From IMG/VR virus record IMGVR_UViG_3300011337_000476, positions 1-24,708 of that record: 24,708 nucleotides of DNA; one strand, given 5' to 3'. Of this stretch, positions 1-7,730 are shown one piece after another. The notes beneath the pieces are model-generated. The model searched no databases and was not told the origin of the DNA. It saw only the letters and a program-made list of their open reading frames with translations. Each line of letters begins with the position of its first letter. Positions within the stretch are counted from its first letter, which is position 1. The stretch comes from a virus. Its lineage: Duplodnaviria; Caudoviricetes. Position numbers and translations under genes: made by a program.

Positions 1-78
1 GGTCTTTGCCATCGCGGCTTGTAACGCAAAATTAAAAGATTCCTTAGCCATTTTGTCATATCTCGTTAGCGATAGCCC

Positions 79-543
79 CTAGGCGCTATCCTTCAACTCG
101 TTGTAGGTCTTAACGATTGGCTCGGCCTCGGCAAGAAATTGCGCACGCAATCCCTTGTCCTGTGAAATAAATTTCACGCCTCTCGATGCTAGCCATTGCC
201 TTGCTTGCATGATTGGAAAGAGGAAGTGCTTGGGTTCGCTAGGCTCGCTCATGGTGATGGGGTCGGGTAGGAATCCGATACGCAAATATGTTTGGCGCAT
301 CAGTCCAGGGTCAGCGTCGCCATTGGCTAGCTTGTGCTGTGCAGCAGCGACTTTCTCATATCGCTTGCCTACCTCTTCAGTGATCCCTGCCTCCTCACAG
401 ATAGCCACAATGTCTTGGCCATCTGCTCTTGCCTGCTGGATGATTACACCTGCATCAGACGCTAAACCGATGGTCTTGCCGATCAGCTCCAACGCCTTAT
501 CGCGTGTGTTGTTTAGTTTTTCTATTACTGGTTTTAGCTTCAT
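79..543 (-). CDS. Hypothetical phage protein, possible helical DNA-binding domain (DUF3102-like)
   Basis: 154 aa ORF with an ATGA overlap to the upstream gene; the segment AGVIIQQARADG...EEAGITEEVGKRYEKVA loosely resembles DUF3102/HTH patterns. Confidence 0.6.
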   Translation of the reverse strand: MKLKPVIEKLNNTRDKALELIGKTIGLASDAGVIIQQARADGQDIVAICEEAGITEEVGKRYEKVAAAQHKLANGDADPGLMRQTYLRIGFLPDPITMSEPSEPKHFLFPIMQARQWLASRGVKFISQDKGLRAQFLAEAEPIVKTYNELKDSA

Positions 544-1013
544 TTGTTCATGCCTTTCATTAGTGCGGCGTTATTAAACTTAGGCGCTTCACGCCGCCGC
601 TTGGCGTGTACGCGGTATGCTCGCTTGCGGTAAGACTCACGGGCCTTCTCGCTTTTCTGTGATCGTGCACGTATGCCCAACCGATCGTGTATCTCAGTCA
701 CCTTCTTGCTGACCGCCTGCTTAGTTAGATTAAATCGCTTGGCCACGGCCGTCATCGATTCGGGCGATCGGTTAAGCGATATGTTCAGCACGGCATGGCT
801 AAGGGTATCGGTGCGGTTAGCCATGGCAGGATGATCCGCCGAATGCTGGAAAAGATGCTCTATCACCTTAGTCATAGTCGCAACCGATGACGTGGTGACC
901 GTGATCTTTAAATCGCTACAGGACTCCCAAACCAGATCTTGCAGGCTATCTATGATCATAGAAGGGTGAGGGATTGACGCCGGGATACGTTCGATTGCTT
1001 CTTGATCTATCAT
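540..1013 (-). CDS. HTH DNA-binding protein (sigma region 4-like), possible transcription regulator
   Basis: SMTAVAKRFNLTKQAVSKKVTEIHDRLGI is an HTH pattern followed by a very basic C-terminus; GGAG lies upstream. Confidence 0.65.
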   Translation of the reverse strand: MIDQEAIERIPASIPHPSMIIDSLQDLVWESCSDLKITVTTSSVATMTKVIEHLFQHSADHPAMANRTDTLSHAVLNISLNRSPESMTAVAKRFNLTKQAVSKKVTEIHDRLGIRARSQKSEKARESYRKRAYRVHAKRRREAPKFNNAALMKGMNK

Positions 1014-1041
1014 ATTAAATTACTACTCCGTTTTCCAACGC

Positions 1042-1160
1042 TTGGTGCAGTAATGTTTTAGCCGTCTGCATTAGTGCAATAATTAGGCCTATAGGCCTAT
1101 TATTACTGCACCAACATGCTACCCAATACTGCACTAGTGCAATAAGGGTTACTGCACTAA
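1042..1160. repeat. Iteron-like repeat and palindrome cluster, putative replication origin
   Basis: Six copies of a (T/C)T(A/G)GTGCA(G/A)TA(A/T)N motif in both orientations; perfect palindromes TAGGCCTATAGGCCTA (1084-1099) and TGCACTAGTGCA (1130-1141); intergenic, directly after the primase-helicase stop. Confidence 0.75.
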
Positions 1161-1162
1161 CT

Positions 1163-3118
1163 TTAAAAGGGTTCATTTGTCACCTTTTTGCTGAATAAAC
1201 CATCGCTCGATTCCTCAATAAATCCATCGTCCTTAGCCTGCTTAATCCGAGACTTAGCCTGTCGTTCTTGTAGCCCCGTTGCCTGCTGCACAAATGCAAC
1301 CACTTGGCTGTATTTAGCCCCTTCGGGTAGCTTGCCCCAATCGATCGTACTGGCCTTGCGCCCTACCGTCTTTTCGGGGGCACCTGACTCAATCCACGCT
1401 AGGCCTACTTGCGCATGCTTTAGATGCACGCATGGCTGAACGTTAGACGCTATAAAATCGCCCGCAGTTCGGCCGGGACGCAACCCAGACCGCTTACCGC
1501 GCTTGGTCACCTCCAGCTTGTAGGTATACGTGCCTTCCTCATCCTGGCCACAAGGCGCTAGGGTTAATACGCTCCGCGCCCAGTTCGTCAGCTCTGACGA
1601 TCCGAATCCGCTGTAGGCTTTATCGTGCCCCTGATACCCGCTACCGTCCCGGGTCGGCTTAGGCGTGTGATGCATCAACATCCACGCAAACCCGCCAGCT
1701 AACGCCAAGGGGTTAAGCAAATTGCGAAGGAACCCGCCAGCCGTCTCTTGGCTGGATAGATCGCCACCAATAAACGCGAGCAACGGATCCACCCAGGCTA
1801 AATGCGGTTTATGTCTCTCTGCTAATCTGCGCATTCGATCCACAAACCGTTCACCAGTAGAGGTGCAATCACGCACGATCACGATGTTTTCTTTAACCAT
1901 CTGCAACTCCTCTGGCGTTAAGTCTAACGCCTTGAGAATACCCTGTAGCGCCTCTGCCACGTCGCCTTCATCGTTCTCGGCCTGCACGATGAGCGACTTA
2001 AGCGGCTTGCCATGTGGCGATATGCCAAACAGATCACGCCCGCATGCCCAGGTGATCGCGGCCTGTAAGCACAGCACCGACTTCCCCAGCCCGCTACTGC
2101 CCACCCACAGCGCCGATCCGCCACGGCAGATCCAGCGCTTGCCTAGCAGTTGCGTTGGATCTGCGTCCTCCTTAAAATTAACTAAGTCCTCCCACTTGTA
2201 CGGCTCTGGGATATCCCCATAAATTGTGCGCTCCTGCCATTCAATATAGGTCAGCGTTGGTGCGCCACACTCAACCAACTCCTGCTGTAAGCCTGTGGCC
2301 GTCCTCATCGCACCAGGCAACCGCGACAACCGGCCTGCGTCCTTGTTGGCTGGATCAGGCTTACTGTGCTCTAAGTGCTTGTAAATAAAATCTACCCGCT
2401 CGGCAAACTCCTTGGCATTAGCCGCCCGAATATCCACCCACGCATGCAGGCTCCGGGCGCCGCTCTTAATAATCGACGACGTAGGCAACCCGCTGCGCTT
2501 AATGATCGCCCACTGCTCCTGCAAGGTGCTTTCGTCAAATTCAATCAGGCAGTGGCGAAACTTGGTAATTGATTCGGCTTTGCGGTTCTTTCCGTTGTTA
2601 GCGTTAATCGACACATACACGCCCACTGCATCGCCCTGCCATTCTTTCAACCCATCGCCTTTAAACAGCTCTAGCCACTCCTCGCGGCTTCGCGTTTCGC
2701 CTGCGCCGTCCGGGCGCTCGCGGTCGCCGTCCTTGATCGATCTTGTGATATTTATAAAATCACCCACGTCGAAACAGGTAGTTAGGAACTTATCGACCGG
2801 CCCGCTCTCCACGCTGATCGGCATAGGCGGCACTGGCAGATCCTGCCTGACGATCGCACCATTTTGATAAGCATACTTAGCCTTCGGCCTCCACGGTTCC
2901 CTGGCTGGCTTGCTGTAGGCCGACTTTACGGCCGCCACACACTCGTTCTGCGTTAGGCCATTCTTAAAGCCCCAGATCTCGGCCTCTGACTCGGCGTCAA
3001 ACTGCGATAAGCCTTGGTCACGAAACTGCAGTGCCATGCGAAACAGTTGCGTGTTGCGCTCACCCTCCGGCGCCCCGTTGTAATAAACGGCCTCTGTCGC
3101 TGGTGGCAGTGCAATCAT
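1163..3118 (-). CDS. Primase-helicase: N-terminal PriCT-like domain, RepB/primase-polymerase domain and RepA/AAA_25-type helicase
   Basis: GERNTQLF...AVKSAY (PriCT-1-like); LIEFDE, SGARSLHAWV and DAGRLSRLPG primase motifs; Walker A GSSGLGKS; Walker B LAWVDP; HHTPK and GSSELTNWAR as in RepA-family helicases. Confidence 0.88.
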   Translation of the reverse strand: MIALPPATEAVYYNGAPEGERNTQLFRMALQFRDQGLSQFDAESEAEIWGFKNGLTQNECVAAVKSAYSKPAREPWRPKAKYAYQNGAIVRQDLPVPPMPISVESGPVDKFLTTCFDVGDFINITRSIKDGDRERPDGAGETRSREEWLELFKGDGLKEWQGDAVGVYVSINANNGKNRKAESITKFRHCLIEFDESTLQEQWAIIKRSGLPTSSIIKSGARSLHAWVDIRAANAKEFAERVDFIYKHLEHSKPDPANKDAGRLSRLPGAMRTATGLQQELVECGAPTLTYIEWQERTIYGDIPEPYKWEDLVNFKEDADPTQLLGKRWICRGGSALWVGSSGLGKSVLCLQAAITWACGRDLFGISPHGKPLKSLIVQAENDEGDVAEALQGILKALDLTPEELQMVKENIVIVRDCTSTGERFVDRMRRLAERHKPHLAWVDPLLAFIGGDLSSQETAGGFLRNLLNPLALAGGFAWMLMHHTPKPTRDGSGYQGHDKAYSGFGSSELTNWARSVLTLAPCGQDEEGTYTYKLEVTKRGKRSGLRPGRTAGDFIASNVQPCVHLKHAQVGLAWIESGAPEKTVGRKASTIDWGKLPEGAKYSQVVAFVQQATGLQERQAKSRIKQAKDDGFIEESSDGLFSKKVTNEPF

Positions 3119-3306
3119 TTTTTAGCAAACGCCTTTAGCGCCTTGGCGATCACATACCCGATCACTGCCTCTGGATCTTTCTTTAGCTGCTTCAGCCCAA
3201 ATGCGTGTAGAGCCTTGCCCGTCTTGCGGTCGTAGGTTACGTCTAGTAACACCTGCTTGGGCGCAGGGCGTGCTTTTCCAAAAGTAATTTTACCTAGATC
3301 CTTCAT
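3115..3306 (-). CDS. Small hypothetical protein
   Basis: MKDLGKITFG... start at 3306 overlaps the upstream stop (ATGA); the stop overlaps the primase start. Confidence 0.65.
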   Translation of the reverse strand: MKDLGKITFGKARPAPKQVLLDVTYDRKTGKALHAFGLKQLKKDPEAVIGYVIAKALKAFAKK

Positions 3307-3482
3307 TTGCGTTTTCTCCTTTTTTTGCGGGGTTTCACTTCTTTCCAAACATTAAAATCCTTGTCGCACTTGACGGACAACAGCATCAGTTTTTGATAGA
3401 GCGATCCGGCCAAGCCCCAGCGACACAAAGTCCTGCTAACCAGATCACCTAACCAATAGAGAATCCAAGACAACGCCTTCAT
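3303..3482 (-). CDS. Small hypothetical protein (59 aa, basic tail), absent from the ORF track
   Basis: MKALSWILYWLGDLVSRTLCRWGLAG...KPRKKRRKRK; ATGA overlaps at both ends. Confidence 0.65.
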   Translation of the reverse strand: MKALSWILYWLGDLVSRTLCRWGLAGSLYQKLMLLSVKCDKDFNVWKEVKPRKKRRKRK

Positions 3483-3655
3483 TTTTTCTTCTCCGCGTCC
3501 CGCTTTTGGTACGCCTGCGCCCGCTTCAGCAGCTCCTTTGCAATGTGTAGCGCCATATCCAGCCGACTGCGTGCTATGACCAGCCGGCCGTCAATCAGGC
3601 TTTTCTTAGCCCGCTCGAGGATTTCAATTTGCCAGGTGATGCGTTTTACGGACAT
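3479..3655 (-). CDS. Small helical hypothetical protein (58 aa), absent from the ORF track
   Basis: MSVKRITWQIEILERAKKSLIDGRLVIARSRLDMALHIAKELLKRAQAYQKRDAEKKK; fills the gap and is coupled to the next gene. Confidence 0.65.
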   Translation of the reverse strand: MSVKRITWQIEILERAKKSLIDGRLVIARSRLDMALHIAKELLKRAQAYQKRDAEKKK

Positions 3656-3659
3656 AAAT

Positions 3660-4025
3660 TTAATAACCGCAAAAACGCAAAAGAACGGAATCCCAATCAG
3701 TTTCCTTGATCCAACTTTTAAAACTCAAATGATGAGTCCATCTTATGCAATCTCTTTCAGTTCTTAACTGCTTTACGGGAATTGCGTAAAATTCACCGAC
3801 AGGCTCAATTTCAGTCAAAACAGCTTTCCAGCAGATTCTGGCTGGAAAAGTAGACAATTCCTCAAGCGTCATGTCTCCCCGTAACTCAAAAGCTTTATTT
3901 TTTTGTTTCCAATCTTTAACTAAATTTCTGCGCCTTAATAAATCTTCCCATGAAATTTGAACGTGACCGCAGTTATCTTTAATTACTTTTCCACTTTTAT
4001 AACAATTCCATGTTAGTTTTTTCAT
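3660..4025 (-). CDS. Hypothetical protein, AT-rich accessory gene
   Basis: ORF MKKLTWNCYKSG... with AAGGG upstream; visibly more AT-rich than its neighbours. Confidence 0.65.
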   Translation of the reverse strand: MKKLTWNCYKSGKVIKDNCGHVQISWEDLLRRRNLVKDWKQKNKAFELRGDMTLEELSTFPARICWKAVLTEIEPVGEFYAIPVKQLRTERDCIRWTHHLSFKSWIKETDWDSVLLRFCGY

Positions 4026-4048
4026 TTTTCCCCTTTTTATTTGTTTAA

Positions 4049-4177
4049 CTACCACTGCCCCATTCCCCACCGCATCCGGTTATTCCGAGCGATGATGACC
4101 TGTTCGGCGTACTGCTCTGGCGTGTAAGTACAGATCACGCGGCCGGAGAACATGGTGAGAAGATCCTGCAAGCTCAC
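4049..4177 (-). CDS. Small hypothetical protein (42 aa)
   Basis: GTG start overlaps the upstream TGA; MSLQDLLTMFSGRVICTYTPEQYAEQVIIARNNRMRWGMGQW. Confidence 0.5.
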   Translation of the reverse strand: MSLQDLLTMFSGRVICTYTPEQYAEQVIIARNNRMRWGMGQW

Positions 4178-4455
4178 AACACCGCCTTCGGCAGAGGCCC
4201 TGCCAGTTTGTAGTGATACTTGCTGGGGTCGTATTCCAGCGGATAGCCAAAGAAGTCACGCAGCAGATCAATATCCCTGACTATCGTCTTGTAGCTACAT
4301 TCGAGCTCTGCCCCCAACTTGTTTGTAGATGGCAGGCATAGATCACTGCGCAGCTTAGTGGCAATAAATCCAAGGCGCCTGAGCGTAGGCCGGGTATCGC
4401 CCTTTAAATATGCCCGCTTGCGCCGGCTCATAATCGTGGCCTTGCGCGTGCTCAC
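4174..4455 (-). CDS. Winged-HTH protein (HTH_11-like) resembling the N-terminus of WYL/PafBC regulators, with no WYL domain
   Basis: KLGAELECSYKTIVRDIDLLRDFFGYPLEYD matches the LA.eLevS.rTi.RDi..L...g.pi.y pattern. Confidence 0.8.
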   Translation of the reverse strand: MSTRKATIMSRRKRAYLKGDTRPTLRRLGFIATKLRSDLCLPSTNKLGAELECSYKTIVRDIDLLRDFFGYPLEYDPSKYHYKLAGPLPKAVL

Positions 4456-4853
4456 CTAGTCACCTCTACCGTCGCCACCTTCGGCAAGCGCATCGCCTTA
4501 AATTGCGACTCACTAGCGGCAAACACGTCGACCACCGGCAGTTTGCCTCGGCTGGCCTTCTTGCTCTTAACGGCCGTGCCAGTATCTACTGCCAGCCACT
4601 CACGCTTTCCGTTTAGGATGCGGATCTTTGACCACAGTGGGATGATGTCGGGATCAACTGCGCAGTGGCGGCCGGCACGCAGGCGTGTGCCTGTGCTAGA
4701 TTGATAGCGACTAGACCACTCATCCTCACCCGGCCAATAGCCAGTAATCCGCACCTTAATCTTTTTGGGCTGGGGCCGCAGATCGATCATCACGTTAGCG
4801 GCCTGCCCAGTCGTCATTCCCAAGATAGCGGTAATCCAAAGCATCGCCTTCAT
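4452..4853 (-). CDS. Secreted 3D (Asp-Asp-Asp) domain protein, MltA-like putative lytic transglycosylase
   Basis: N-terminal signal peptide; ITGY, AVDPDIIPL, AVDTG and VVDVF motifs. Confidence 0.82.
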   Translation of the reverse strand: MKAMLWITAILGMTTGQAANVMIDLRPQPKKIKVRITGYWPGEDEWSSRYQSSTGTRLRAGRHCAVDPDIIPLWSKIRILNGKREWLAVDTGTAVKSKKASRGKLPVVDVFAASESQFKAMRLPKVATVEVTR

Positions 4854-5047
4854 AGGCCACTCCTAATCCGATCCATCAGATCGTTTTCCCGCGATTCACT
4901 TGCCGCCAGCGCAGCCTTCGCCTCTGCCAGCTGGCGAGCCAGCGAGCGCACGCGGTTAAGTAGCTGCTCGTGCGTCGACTCATCCTCCAACACCATCAAT
5001 TCAGTAAAGCGCTGTGGCGTTATGTACTGCGCCGGCACCTCGCTCAT
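4850..5047 (-). CDS. Small coiled-coil hypothetical protein
   Basis: MSEVPAQY... start overlaps the exonuclease stop (ATGA); heptad-like C-terminal half. Confidence 0.6.
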   Translation of the reverse strand: MSEVPAQYITPQRFTELMVLEDESTHEQLLNRVRSLARQLAEAKAALAASESRENDLMDRIRSGL

Positions 5048-5823
5048 AACATAACCTCCCGTGGGTCGTACTTCTTCAGCCAACGCCACACCTTGCAGAT
5101 GGACGTGAACGCCTCGAACGCCTGGGCAACTTGCTCGGCGGTGTATTTGATGTCCTGCAACTGGCCGGTAATTGGATCGATCAGGATATTTCGGCACGCC
5201 ATGCCCTCGTCCGTAAATGCGTAGGCATAGGCACTGAGCTGAAGCAGATCGGTTTCATACCCCGATGCTTTTGAGATGCCTTTTGCATCCTTCTTAAATT
5301 TGCGGGTTTTAAAATCCACCACCTCGATCTCGCCGTTAATGTCGCAGATCAGATCCACCCGGCCTGCGTAGCCTTCCGCCTCGTTAACCATTACCGATTC
5401 ACTAGCGTGTACCTTTGTCACGTCCTTGTGCCATTCCTTCAGCGATTCAAAGTGAGGCTCGTAACCTTTCACGAGCTCGCCCGGTTCTTCGCCGTTAATT
5501 ATGATTTCAGCCAGGGAATGAATGTGAGTCCCGCGAAGCGCGGCGGCCTCCACTTCCTTGCGGCTGTCTAATACCACTCGCTTGGCAAAGTCGCTGTCAG
5601 CCTCGCCATCGTTGCGTGGTAGCGACAGAGCAGACAAGATCGCCTGTTCCTCTTTCCAGTTCATCAGCCCCTGCTTGCTGGGGCCTGCCGCTCCAAGGAT
5701 GGTAGTCACTGACGGAAACGCCCCCACCTTCCGTGCGGATCGCAGATCACCGTGGCACGACTCACCTGACTTTAGGTAGTAGTGAGCCGATTCCGTTTTA
5801 GCGGTGACGATGATCGGGGCCAT
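5044..5823 (-). CDS. PD-(D/E)XK exonuclease (phage recombination nuclease)
   Basis: PSVTTIL, RGTHIH, GYAGRVDL, VVDFKT and QLSAY motifs; start placed at MAPIIV (TGATG overlap) rather than 5964. Confidence 0.87.
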   Translation of the reverse strand: MAPIIVTAKTESAHYYLKSGESCHGDLRSARKVGAFPSVTTILGAAGPSKQGLMNWKEEQAILSALSLPRNDGEADSDFAKRVVLDSRKEVEAAALRGTHIHSLAEIIINGEEPGELVKGYEPHFESLKEWHKDVTKVHASESVMVNEAEGYAGRVDLICDINGEIEVVDFKTRKFKKDAKGISKASGYETDLLQLSAYAYAFTDEGMACRNILIDPITGQLQDIKYTAEQVAQAFEAFTSICKVWRWLKKYDPREVML

Positions 5824-5918
5824 CAGTTCCACCTTCCTATTGCCGGCATCAGTTGCAGGCCCAGCGCTACGGCTGATAGCGGTAACATTATTTGAATTAC
5901 GATTGATAGGATTTCCAT
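5823..5918 (-). CDS. 31-aa hydrophobic membrane peptide, absent from the ORF track
   Basis: MEILSIVIQIMLPLSAVALGLQLMPAIGRWN; its TGA overlaps the exonuclease ATG. Confidence 0.55.
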   Translation of the reverse strand: MEILSIVIQIMLPLSAVALGLQLMPAIGRWN

Positions 5919-5932
5919 ACGGGGTTTCTTTC

Positions 5933-5963
5933 TGGCCGAGGTGGGGATTGCCCACCCCGGCCA
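5933..5963 (-). other. Strong GC-rich stem-loop after the SSB-like gene, no U-tract
   Basis: TGGCCGGGGTGGG-CAATC-CCCACCTCGGCCA, a 13-bp stem with one G-U pair. Confidence 0.6.
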
Positions 5964-5968
5964 AGTGG

Positions 5969-6445
5969 TTAGAACGGAACGGGGTTGCCGTCGTGATCTA
6001 ACTCGGTTGCGGTTGTCGCGCCGTTGCGGTTTATTTTCCGCACGAACGCCTTATCCACGGTCAGTTTCTTTGCGCCGGCTGGCAGTACCGCCTGCACGTT
6101 GGCATACGTGGAGCCATCGCGCTCCACATGCACCACAAGGATCGTGCACGGTTTACCAATTAGCGTTTCCAGATCCAGATTCTGCGGTGGCGCCTTTTTG
6201 GCGTAAGACTTTAGGTCTTTAAAAAGCGCTGCTTTTTCGTGCAGGCTCAAGCCATAACGCCGGCCGATGGTGAACGGCCGCCCGTCCTCCATCTTCTCGG
6301 CAATTTGCCACACCAGGCGAATCTGGTGCTTTTTTCCGTACATGGTTTCAATGACGCCAAGATCTTCTACGTCGCAGAATACTGCGTCGTGCGATCCTTC
6401 GGGGGCTGGCGTATAGGTTCCCCCTCTGCTTGCTACTATTGGCAT
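5969..6445 (-). CDS. Phage single-stranded DNA-binding/replication protein (SSB-like)
   Basis: YTPAPEG...DLG, LIGKPC and YANV patterns; acidic C-terminus ending in PF; next to the exonuclease; AAGGA RBS. Confidence 0.72.
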   Translation of the reverse strand: MPIVASRGGTYTPAPEGSHDAVFCDVEDLGVIETMYGKKHQIRLVWQIAEKMEDGRPFTIGRRYGLSLHEKAALFKDLKSYAKKAPPQNLDLETLIGKPCTILVVHVERDGSTYANVQAVLPAGAKKLTVDKAFVRKINRNGATTATELDHDGNPVPF

Positions 6446-6490
6446 ACTAGGATTTCCTTTCTTTGTTTTGGTTTCTTGGTTTTGCTTTGA

Positions 6491-6697
6491 CTATTCGTCA
6501 TCGCAAAAATCGTTAGTCCTGTGCGGTTGGTTTAGGGTTTGAAATTCACGATCGGTCACGTGCCACGCGATCTCGTGCTTACGGGCTAAATCCTTGGCTT
6601 GCTGCACCTCGCCACGGTTCAGCGCCTTAACCACTCGCTCGGCTGAATTGCGGCAAGCCATCACCTCAATGTTTTCGATCAGGCGAAACTCACTCAC
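6491..6697 (-). CDS. Hypothetical protein
   Basis: GTG start (MSEFRLIENIEV...) overlaps the upstream small gene, with GAGGAG further upstream. Confidence 0.6.
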   Translation of the reverse strand: MSEFRLIENIEVMACRNSAERVVKALNRGEVQQAKDLARKHEIAWHVTDREFQTLNQPHRTNDFCDDE

Positions 6698-6809
6698 TGC
6701 TCTCGTCCTCCTCAATGCGTGCCGATTCCCTCTCGTCTAATTCGTAGTGCACCTTTAACGCTGCCTTTTCCATTTCGGCTTCTTCCTCGGGCGTGTGATT
6801 GATAATCAT
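6690..6809 (-). CDS. 39-aa acidic peptide
   Basis: MIINHTPEEEAEMEKAALKVHYELDERESARIEEDESSE; ATGA overlap with the endonuclease stop. Confidence 0.5.
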   Translation of the reverse strand: MIINHTPEEEAEMEKAALKVHYELDERESARIEEDESSE

Positions 6810-7138
6810 TTTTTCTCCTTCATCGACAGGCGGAACGATTTAGCGGTCATCGCGACGGCTTCCTGGGTGATGCACTTGGTCGTAAAGCGCCAGATGCGCC
6901 AGCCCAGATCGGCAGCTGCTCGATATTTTTCGCAGTCCTTAACCATCCCCATCCCACGGCCGTGACGGCCTCCGAACGGCAGGAACGCCCCGCCATCCAG
7001 CTCGATTGCGCAGCGGGCGGATTTGCAGGCAAAGTCAAAGCGCCATTTGCGGGTAGGGTGAAAGGTATGCTCGGCTATCAGCTCTGGGCCGCCGGCCACT
7101 TTCCACAGCAGGATAAATTTGCTAGCTAGGGCGCTCAC
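6806..7138 (-). CDS. Vsr/DUF559-like endonuclease (restriction-endonuclease fold)
   Basis: EHTFHPTRKWRFDFA...AIELDGG...RH...KDCEKY...LGWRIWRFT. Confidence 0.85.
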   Translation of the reverse strand: MSALASKFILLWKVAGGPELIAEHTFHPTRKWRFDFACKSARCAIELDGGAFLPFGGRHGRGMGMVKDCEKYRAAADLGWRIWRFTTKCITQEAVAMTAKSFRLSMKEKK

Positions 7139-7323
7139 AGGCTTGCCCCCTGCTTTTCGATAAGCCCTTTTAGAATATCTTCGATTTTTTCTACGCGATT
7201 TCGTAGCTCGCGGTTTTTAACCTGCAGATCGATCAGAGCAGTGGTCTGGGATAGCTGGGCCGATCCGTAGCTCTGACTGGCACTCGCCGGCAACACGCCC
7301 TCTTTTTCTAGGTCGCGAGTCAC
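7135..7323 (-). CDS. Small coiled-coil hypothetical protein
   Basis: GTG start at 7323 with AAGGAG RBS and GTGA overlap; C-terminal heptad pattern. Confidence 0.6.
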   Translation of the reverse strand: MTRDLEKEGVLPASASQSYGSAQLSQTTALIDLQVKNRELRNRVEKIEDILKGLIEKQGASL

Positions 7324-7481
7324 AGCCACTCCTTTAAATGTTTCCGGACCACATCGATCACCCAGCAGAGAGTCAGCAGACAAACCACAAGGCCGCCAAT
7401 CCCGGCTCCGACAAACAGCGCCCAGCCCACGATAAAGCCGGACAGTTGTGATAGATCGCGCATTAGCTCCCAGCTAATCAT
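7320..7481 (-). CDS. 53-aa membrane protein, absent from the ORF track
   Basis: MISWELMRDLSQLSGFIVGWALFVGAGIGGLVVCLLTLCWVIDVVRKHLKEWL; overlaps coupled at both ends. Confidence 0.65.
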   Translation of the reverse strand: MISWELMRDLSQLSGFIVGWALFVGAGIGGLVVCLLTLCWVIDVVRKHLKEWL

Positions 7482-7693
7482 TTGAGGCTAGCCTCGTGCT
7501 GCTTAGCCCACATCCGAGTTACCACAGGATTAGGGTGCCAGAGAAACGCTTCGGCGGGTGCATCGTAGCCACCTCGCAGGGCAAGGCTCGTCGTCACGTA
7601 CGACTTTTTCCCCTCGGTGGGGATTGTAGCAGTTACTAAATAATTATCGGTTTTTTTGTCGCGTGCACTAAATATTGTATCAAATATGTCCAT
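7478..7693 (-). CDS. Hypothetical protein, likely first gene of the early operon
   Basis: 71 aa ORF directly behind a promoter-like sequence. Confidence 0.6.
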   Translation of the reverse strand: MDIFDTIFSARDKKTDNYLVTATIPTEGKKSYVTTSLALRGGYDAPAEAFLWHPNPVVTRMWAKQHEASLK

Positions 7694-7701
7694 GGCGATT
7701 A

Positions 7702-7730
7702 CTAATATTGAAACAGCTTCAATCCGTCAA
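7702..7730 (-). promoter_or_regulatory. Sigma70-like promoter with an operator-like inverted repeat
   Basis: TTGACG-17 nt-TATTAG; ATTGAA-N5-TTCAAT at 7707-7723; ATG lies 8 nt after the -10. Confidence 0.55.

Noticed and set aside
1-60. Start of a terminase small subunit (ATG at 12) or a packaging site
   Set aside because: Only four codons are visible; plausible by position but not supportable
1042-1160. CRISPR array
   Set aside because: The repeats are short, in mixed orientation and irregularly spaced, and no cas operon is present
5044-5823. Cas4
   Set aside because: No four-Cys Fe-S pattern is evident, and the SSB-adjacent context fits a phage recombination exonuclease
5824-5964. N-terminal extension of the exonuclease to 5964
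   Set aside because: It runs through a strong hairpin and an out-of-frame coupled peptide gene; the ATG at 5823 has a TGATG overlap and fits better
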